Part shown: positions 58,801 to 64,000 of the stretch, one piece after another | Position numbering within the stretch: position 1 is the stretch's first letter | How the letters are laid out: each line of letters opens with the position of its first letter | Virus record (IMG/VR): IMGVR_UViG_3300024262_002316 | Coordinates: 1,268 to 65,267 of that record | DNA from: a virus | Lineage: Duplodnaviria > Caudoviricetes | DNA length: 64,000 nucleotides | Direction: 5' to 3' (one strand) | Notes under the pieces: generated by a model | The model's database searches: none | What the model was told of the DNA's origin: nothing | What the model saw: only the letters and a program-made list of their open reading frames with translations | Made by a program: the position numbers and the translations under genes

Positions 58801-60703
58801 TTAAAACTGTTGCGTATCCAGGTTGACAAGGATTAACGCCCTCAAGCTTAGTAGAATTCCTTCTCTCTGGTGCTCTTTTTTTAGCTCCCTCTAGATTAAC
58901 AATCCCTCTTTCTCCGCTTCCACTGTCAGCCATGTTCGCCCACTCTTTCATGAAGACAATGGGTCCAGGTTTTATGTGGTAGACAGCAGAGTTATTTGAC
59001 ATAGCCCTATGTAGAGGGAAAGGCCAGTTCTTAGCTGTGGACATATCTTGATCTTCTAGATCGGATAGGCTGATCTCAGAACTTCTTCTGACTCCACCAA
59101 CTACTACTATCTCAGCAATCTTGTTTAGCAGGTCGAGGCATTCTATTGATTTTAGCTTTCTGCCTTGAGCTTCTGAGAATGTCTTTCTTATGAACTCATG
59201 TAGAGAGATTAGAGGGGCTGGTCCAGAGCTTCTTCCACCGAACTTCTTAAGTCTAGCTCCTTTGGGTCTAAGTAGAGAGTAGTCAAACTCTAGATCCTTT
59301 CCAGCATATAGAGCTGTCATTAGGTGCTTAATAGAATCTGCCCAGCCTTCTTTAGAATCCTCAATAACAGAAGTACCAATTCCATCACCGTGCATTGCTT
59401 CAATGACAGGAAGCTTAGTTATATGCTTGCCCTCTACTGAGAATCCATATCCAGTTCCACACATAAGGATATAGAGACACTCAGCGAATGCGTCTACACA
59501 GTCTACATTTTGGTAAGCGCAGTTTCCTGTTGTTATACCATTCGGCATGACGAATGATTGATCATCTTCTACCTCTAGACACCAAGTTTCTTCTTCTCCA
59601 GAATTATCAATTGACACAACTCTCCACATTGCATTTGTGGATGTAGCCTTATTCTCAGATATAACGAATCTAGAAGTCTTACCTCTAATTCCGAAGTTTG
59701 TTTCTTGTCCAGTGTAATCATCTTCTCTTAAAATGTATAGACCACACATTGGAAGAGCCTTACGAAGAAATTCTATAGACTCCTCTCCACTCTGTTGGAT
59801 TGATAGCCATTCTCCAGGTCTATTAGTATTTTTGGTCCCATCGGCATCCATAAATCCGGCCATAAATGCCTTTATTAGATTAATAGGATCTTTTCCTAAG
59901 TCTGGCAGAGTCTTTTTGTAAGAACCAGTGTAAGCCATAAAATCACCATTAAGAGAATGACTAGACGACGTTTTAAAACCTAAGTCTTCAAACCTCTTTG
60001 CAAAATGTCTATCTTTATTGCACAGTCTAACCATAGAATAATCACCACTACTGGTTTTGTTTACGGTCCCATCTCCATAGACGTAACCATAAGCCCAATA
60101 CAACCTCTCCTCTGGTGTTGCGTCTCCAAAATCCCAATTCCAGATGCTTGGAGCAGATAAAACATTATCCCCTTCTGACAGGCTAGTTGTGATAGATCCA
60201 TCAGGCAGTATCCACCTATGATCTGGAGTAGCCTTAACATTGAAGTCAGACCCTCTACCTCCTTTTTTAAATGTTATATTGTCAACTTGCTTTGTCCCAT
60301 ATTTTCTAACTACAGCATTCTTCCAATTCCCCGAATGTGTTAGAACACTTAGTTCTTGTCCATCGAAACAATCATTGAATGATTTAACTCCATTAGAAGA
60401 TATAAATTCAGCCTCAGAAGTTAAACAGTTGTACAAGGTTACATGGTTGGTCTCAGCGGCCTCTCCAGCCGCCCAGATAGCCCTCATGCTCCCGACTGAA
60501 GAGAACTGTAGCAAGTACTGCTTAGCTTTTCTAAAGACCTTCTGAGGAACCCTGTCCCCAGTTTGCTTCTCAAGAAATTCTATGTACCTATCTACAGTCT
60601 CATTCCAGTTCTCTCTTCTGGACTTCTCTTCAATCCACCGAGAGTATGTTCTGTAATAAACGAACTTAGAAGCTTCGTTTGGGAACTCTACTTTTTTATT
60701 CAT
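55802..60703 (-). CDS. nrdJ: Class II (B12-dependent) ribonucleotide reductase with three inteins
   Basis: YYRTYSR, YN|C, LMCGTGYGFSV, GGVRRS, NP|CAEI, FCNLTEV, KPSG|TVSQL and C-terminal ACGGGGSCE. Extein is 654 aa. Confidence 0.93.
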   Translation of the reverse strand: MNKKVEFPNEASKFVYYRTYSRWIEEKSRRENWNETVDRYIEFLEKQTGDRVPQKVFRKAKQYLLQFSSVGSMRAIWAAGEAAETNHVTLYNCLTSEAEFISSNGVKSFNDCFDGQELSVLTHSGNWKNAVVRKYGTKQVDNITFKKGGRGSDFNVKATPDHRWILPDGSITTSLSEGDNVLSAPSIWNWDFGDATPEERLYWAYGYVYGDGTVNKTSSGDYSMVRLCNKDRHFAKRFEDLGFKTSSSHSLNGDFMAYTGSYKKTLPDLGKDPINLIKAFMAGFMDADGTKNTNRPGEWLSIQQSGEESIEFLRKALPMCGLYILREDDYTGQETNFGIRGKTSRFVISENKATSTNAMWRVVSIDNSGEEETWCLEVEDDQSFVMPNGITTGNCAYQNVDCVDAFAECLYILMCGTGYGFSVEGKHITKLPVIEAMHGDGIGTSVIEDSKEGWADSIKHLMTALYAGKDLEFDYSLLRPKGARLKKFGGRSSGPAPLISLHEFIRKTFSEAQGRKLKSIECLDLLNKIAEIVVVGGVRRSSEISLSDLEDQDMSTAKNWPFPLHRAMSNNSAVYHIKPGPIVFMKEWANMADSGSGERGIVNLEGAKKRAPERRNSTKLEGVNPCQPGYATVLTPDGIKTFDDIEIGSTIWSGKQWTKVTNKVMTGVKDVYEYRTTRGRFIGTPNHKIIENGERCEAKDAKAIDSVVGPNIKSLAKLDSQNILDGLVIGDGGKHKASNNLIGLYIGEKDQDYFDSEVSHLIGKHRPSIKESFYEVKTTINHGCLSPIFERVVPDNFYYGDLNKMRGFLRGLFSANGCVNNANRIELKQSSLSLINQVQDMLSALGISSYITHNKPKLINFNNGDYVCKDSYAINITSDRENFMSQIGFIQKYKQIEPMETRPKSKTSNIKTVEHLGQEAVYDITVEAEEHTYWTGGCLVSNCAEILLRSKQFCNLTEVVVRAEDDLDDVLDKIETATWLGAIQSTLTKFPYLSPQWAKNCREERLLGVSLTGQMDNYAMMSNPSMIKAMKAKALKIAKKASKILGINFSAAVTCVKPSGCQKKDTILLTSNGILSLEEIGDTKGETWQNHNMLVASQSDDKRSTKFFVNGKAKTKKIHMRSGIVLESTHNHQYKTLRDAGLVWSRADEIQEGDVLPYKIGGYEFGEVQSLYSVDKPYCNVKEMKQPGVLCEKLAYIIGLYVGDGSNHNKGIRIAGNAEDMGPLNKAKGYIKDLFGLDGIIYKRTQGNNADLYINSTWLKAFLSANGLTKNKTDDVDIPLLVRKSTTSVISAFIDGYRDADGHITKRGEHVFCTISKKMSEQLPVVLRALGSVCSVKLMPPTKTSWGENMRYRITTNKGWSGDYSHSGLGRFYFQLEKMNLKNQYVPDVVDFIEDSECETFDIEVPENNRYIANSYISHNTVSQLVNSSSGLHPRWSTFYIRRYRIASIDPLFKMMKSQGLDMTPENGQRKEDWVKAQDGETSLSTIYEKGKRWTEDKVNTWVVSFPIKSPEDSITREQLTAMQQLEHYKLLQENWCEHNASATIYVKDDEWLEVGNWVYKNWDYIAGVSFLPFDSGAYEQAPYEKVDEKKYNKMLKEMPIIDYSQLSMFELEDGTTGSQELACGGGGSCEIK
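56444..57523 (-). mobile_element. RNR intein 3 (360 aa, LAGLIDADG)
   Basis: KPSG|CQKKDT...THNH...TFDIEV...YISHN|T. Confidence 0.9.
57878..58828 (-). mobile_element. RNR intein 2 (317 aa, LAGLIDADG) at the catalytic NP|C
   Basis: NP|CQPGYA...TPNH...VYDITV...CLVSN|C. Confidence 0.9.
59522..60427 (-). mobile_element. RNR intein 1 (302 aa, LAGLIDADG)
   Basis: YN|CLTSEA...TPDHRW...GITTGN|C. Confidence 0.9.
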
Positions 60704-61839
60704 TTGATTAAAAACTCCCCCTTTTCTCTTTCATAATATTTCCCCCCAACAACTGCAAAGTCGCTTATGTTTACATACTCCCAGTTTGTTTGATTTGTTT
60801 TAGTATCGACATGTATTAGCATCATTCCTGTATTCCACGGAGTACCATCGGCATAAGATGCGTCTGCTATGTGGAAACCTCCAAGTTGGTGCCAAGTATA
60901 GCTACCGAAGGTTTGATTGAACATTGGCCACGCTTGATATTTGTGGTGGTGTCCATGTGCGCCCGGCATACCGCTTTTCATTCTTGCACTAGGAAAGTGA
61001 CTTATTATAAAAGAATCATGATAAATCTTATAATTCTTAGATACTTCTTTTCTAGTATCGGCAGGTGTCCACGCTGTTAGATCACTTTTAGCAACATAAT
61101 TGATCTGAAATTTATCAAGACCAAATATGTCTTCTAACTTCATACCGTGAACCGAACTTAGTATATCCATAAGAGCAGGAGAATTATCACATACATGATT
61201 AAGCAACCTAGCTTCATGGTTGCCCTCTATCAAGTCAATCTGTACGTCTGGAGCAGCTTTTCTTAATGGTTTAAGTATCTTCTCGTGTACAAATTTTATC
61301 TTACCAGATGCATCCCAGGTTCTAGGATCTACAAAATATTTACCGAATTCAGGTACGTCAAAAAGATCTCCGCCAATTATTATGTTGTCTAAACTATCTA
61401 TTCGTTTGATTGTATCCAGCATGACTCTTAGTGCGAAAGCATCACACATCTCGTCATGTATGTCAGTAAACATTAGGCATGTTTTATACCTATTGTTATT
61501 GGGCTTTAGGTACCTAGCACCCCAAGATTTTCTCTCCTCTGAGATAGATCTAATTTTATCTAATGAGGAGTGCTTAGCAATGCTGTTTAACATTTTACGT
61601 TCTGTGCGAGACGGAATGAGTCCAGCTTCAGATTTCAACTGTGTAAAAGTACCAAACTCTTTTTCAATAACTGATCTTGGGATATCTGTTCTCTCCTCAA
61701 AGCTTCTTCGAGTTACAGTCCCATCAAGAGAAGATAAGGCTTGAACAATATCTACTAAATCCTCTTTATTCAGAGAACCAGAATCTATAGTTTTACCACT
61801 ATCTATCTTCTTTATCCATTTATCTTTTCTTGAAGACAT
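60700..61839 (-). CDS. Calcineurin-like metallophosphoesterase
   Basis: DIH, GGDLFD, EGNHE and GHHH motifs. Confidence 0.8.
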   Translation of the reverse strand: MSSRKDKWIKKIDSGKTIDSGSLNKEDLVDIVQALSSLDGTVTRRSFEERTDIPRSVIEKEFGTFTQLKSEAGLIPSRTERKMLNSIAKHSSLDKIRSISEERKSWGARYLKPNNNRYKTCLMFTDIHDEMCDAFALRVMLDTIKRIDSLDNIIIGGDLFDVPEFGKYFVDPRTWDASGKIKFVHEKILKPLRKAAPDVQIDLIEGNHEARLLNHVCDNSPALMDILSSVHGMKLEDIFGLDKFQINYVAKSDLTAWTPADTRKEVSKNYKIYHDSFIISHFPSARMKSGMPGAHGHHHKYQAWPMFNQTFGSYTWHQLGGFHIADASYADGTPWNTGMMLIHVDTKTNQTNWEYVNISDFAVVGGKYYEREKGEFLIK

Positions 61840-61842
61840 AAC

Positions 61843-62898
61843 TTACTGCCCTTCTAGGAGGTGGGCTCCATTCTCTTTAAAACCCACTGAAGTGTTCTTT
61901 ATGAATATAGCATTTTCTCTAAGTTCTTTTAGGTTTAATGCGTTACAATATGTCATTCCTGATCTCACACCGGCACAGAGTGTTTGTATGACAGATGAAG
62001 CTGGGCCTTTCATAGAAACCAAGGTAGACTCGCCTTCTGCTGCAACATCTCTATAAGAGTCGCCTCTCCAATTCATCATTGCGTCTTTTGAGGCCATTCC
62101 ACGGTAAACTTTGTATCTAGTTCCATTCTCTTTAACGATAATTTGTCCAGGGGTTTCTTCTGTTCCAGACAAGAGAGATCCAGTTATAATAGAGGATGCT
62201 CCAGCAGCTAGTGCTTTAATTGCGTCTCCAGAATTTCTAACCCCACCATCACAAATTAGAGGAATTCCGTCTTCTCCAGTTATAGAAAAACAATCCATTA
62301 AAGAGGTTAAAAGTGGAACGCCTGCCCCTGCTATTTTTCTTGTTATGCAAACACTACCATTTCCAATTCCAACCTTTATAGCATCAGCTCCAGCATCTAC
62401 TAAAATTTCAGTAGTTCTAGCGGTAGCTACATTTCCAGCGATAACTTGGAATGGGTAATTATGCTTAATGTACTTAATAGCTTCTACAACTCTATCACAC
62501 GCACCATGAGCTACATCAACTGTTACAACTTTGTTGACAAGGTTTCGAGGATCTATTCTGTAGATTCTTTCAAGAGTATCTACATAGTCATTAGAGATAC
62601 CAACAGAAAAAGAGATGGGGTTGACCCCTATTTCGATAGCCTTCTCAATTTGTTTGGCCACTAAGTCATCGGACATGAAGCGATGGAGTATCCCTACGCC
62701 ACCAGCATTCTGCATAGCTTTCATCATCTCGTGCTCAGTTACAGTATCCATATTTGAAGATACAATGGGGCAGTCCATTTCTATATCTTTAGTTAGTCTT
62801 GTTTTTAGGTTTACGTCTTTTCTAGAATGTATCTCTGTATATTGAGGTACTAGAAGTACGTCATCAAAAGTTAAGCCCATATCTTCTCTGATTATCAT
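61843..62898 (-). CDS. IMP dehydrogenase/GMP reductase (CBS-less)
   Basis: LTFDDVLLVP, MDTVT, DVAHG, AGNV, KVGIGNGSVCITR, DGG, YRGMAS and EG motifs. Confidence 0.9.
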   Translation of the reverse strand: MIIREDMGLTFDDVLLVPQYTEIHSRKDVNLKTRLTKDIEMDCPIVSSNMDTVTEHEMMKAMQNAGGVGILHRFMSDDLVAKQIEKAIEIGVNPISFSVGISNDYVDTLERIYRIDPRNLVNKVVTVDVAHGACDRVVEAIKYIKHNYPFQVIAGNVATARTTEILVDAGADAIKVGIGNGSVCITRKIAGAGVPLLTSLMDCFSITGEDGIPLICDGGVRNSGDAIKALAAGASSIITGSLLSGTEETPGQIIVKENGTRYKVYRGMASKDAMMNWRGDSYRDVAAEGESTLVSMKGPASSVIQTLCAGVRSGMTYCNALNLKELRENAIFIKNTSVGFKENGAHLLEGQ

Positions 62899-62901
62899 TT
62901 A

Positions 62902-63294
62902 TTAAGTTCCAGTCGTTCTACTCTTTGTTATAGACTTAAGAATAACATCTCTATATTCTACTCTTTTTGCTGTAATCTTAGTGGTAGCTAGATCTACTGC
63001 TTCATTTATGCTACTAGCTAATACATATTGTTTACCGTTAGTTGAGGTTCTAGTTGCCTCGGTGTACTTTACTACTGAAACACTCTGGACTTTTAGCTCT
63101 TCTTCGGGATCTGATTCTGGTAGGTTATAGAATTCAACAGCATACATATCTCTACCATTCATTAATTCGTGGCCAACACCTTTGTTTATTCTCATATAAC
63201 TAAGTCCAAATAACACTGACAGCTCTTTAGCTTGAGATTCTCCATCTGCATAACCAACAATTTCTCCATCTTTAATTAAAACTATTACACTCAT
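62902..63294 (-). CDS. Hypothetical protein
   Basis: 130 aa, TAATG-coupled to gmd. Confidence 0.55.
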   Translation of the reverse strand: MSVIVLIKDGEIVGYADGESQAKELSVLFGLSYMRINKGVGHELMNGRDMYAVEFYNLPESDPEEELKVQSVSVVKYTEATRTSTNGKQYVLASSINEAVDLATTKITAKRVEYRDVILKSITKSRTTGT

Positions 63295-64000
63295 TAAATC
63301 TTCTCCTTTATTTCTCTTACTCTTCTTAGATCAGCTTCGACCATTTCTTCAATCATACTCTTAAACGAGATAAGAGGCTCCCAACCAAGAAGATTTTTAG
63401 CTTTAGAATAATCACCTTGTAGGTGTTTAACGTCGGCAGGCCGCCCTTTGTCAGCGAGAACAATATGGTCACGCCAGTTATCTATCTCAATATGCTTAAA
63501 TGCTAGTCTACACAAATCATCAACTCCGTAAACCTTATTTGTAGCTAGTACAAAATCATCTGGCTCATGGTGTTGAAGCATTAAATGCATACCTCTAACA
63601 TAGTCTACACTATGACCCCAGTCTCTTTTTGAGTCAAGATTTAACAACTGTATATTTTTCTGAATTCCATAATTTATTCTTGCAACCCCGTCTGTAATCT
63701 TGCGGGTTACGAATTCGATTCCACGAAGGGGGCTATTATGCGTTCTAATGTTCCCAACTCCGGCATGTAAAGCTGAACTCTCCGTTTCTAGATCGTAGAA
63801 CCAACATTCAATGTCTGGAAGATCAATTATTTTTTTTACTTCATTATTTGTCCTCTTGAGATGATGAGTGATTGGCTCATATAGTCCACTTCTAATCTTT
63901 CTTATAAACGTCCTGCTTACCCCGGTTTGCCTACTGACTTCCCTTTGAGAAATCTCATCCCCGTAGCTTAAAACCAGCTCTCTTTTTTCTTCCGAATTGG
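63294..64000 (-). CDS. gmd: GDP-mannose 4,6-dehydratase, C-terminal part (5' end beyond window), intein-containing
   Basis: The frame is open to the window end: ...HN|SPLRGIEFVTRKITDGVARI...LNLDSKRDWGH..DYV..M.LMLQ..EPDDFVLAT...RPADV..LQGD.SKA...LGW. Confidence 0.9.
   Translation of the reverse strand, partial: NSEEKRELVLSYGDEISQREVSRQTGVSRTFIRKIRSGLYEPITHHLKRTNNEVKKIIDLPDIECWFYDLETESSALHAGVGNIRTHNSPLRGIEFVTRKITDGVARINYGIQKNIQLLNLDSKRDWGHSVDYVRGMHLMLQHHEPDDFVLATNKVYGVDDLCRLAFKHIEIDNWRDHIVLADKGRPADVKHLQGDYSKAKNLLGWEPLISFKSMIEEMVEADLRRVREIKEKI
63735..64000 (-). mobile_element. C-terminal part of an intein in Gmd
   Basis: Manual translation gives ...ISQREVSRQTGVSRTFIRKIR...EVKKII...WFYDLETESSALHAGVGNIRTHN|S. 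Confidence 0.85.

Noticed and set aside
8028-62898. Many + strand ORFs of 60-175 aa antisense to the long - strand genes (for example 23121..23591, 42174..42683, 61220..61744), and - strand ORFs under the left operon
   Set aside because: They are shadow frames of well-supported genes, with no motifs or RBS.
1-64000. CRISPR array, tRNA or rRNA genes
   Set aside because: No regularly spaced direct repeats or cloverleaf-like sequences were seen, and intergenic gaps are short. A tRNAscan run would be needed to exclude tRNAs fully.
1-64000. Stop-codon reassignment
   Set aside because: Conserved genes are full length in the standard code, and TAA, TAG and TGA all terminate genes.

Overview
This window is a gene-dense, AT-rich 64 kb segment of a large tailed dsDNA phage, probably with a long non-contractile tail. 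No sheath gene was seen, and the standard genetic code fits. The + strand (1-7.6 kb) carries a glycosyltransferase, an intein-containing PhoH, an HNH endonuclease and a compact sugar-acid operon. That operon has a CstII/Maf-like transferase, two HpcH/HpaI-type aldolase/lyases, an LdpA-like Fe-S protein, a HAD phosphatase and a KdsB-like CMP-transferase. The - strand runs from gmd, IMPDH/GMPR, a phosphoesterase, class II RNR, dUTPase, a sigma factor and an ERCC4 nuclease through terminase, portal, holin, protease, capsid, neck, tail tube, chaperones, tape measure and tail-tip genes. Eight inteins are readable: PhoH (class 3), head-closure protein, two in TerL, three in RNR, and Gmd. The most notable pattern is a strong, directional Ser-Gly dipeptide enrichment in putative virion-surface proteins, absent from internal and recently acquired ones. 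It sits next to a CMP-ulosonic-acid synthesis and transfer operon, which suggests (inference only) a phage-encoded virion O-glycosylation system. A CGTATA motif precedes the late operons. All counts are manual and all family assignments come from motif recognition, not database searches.
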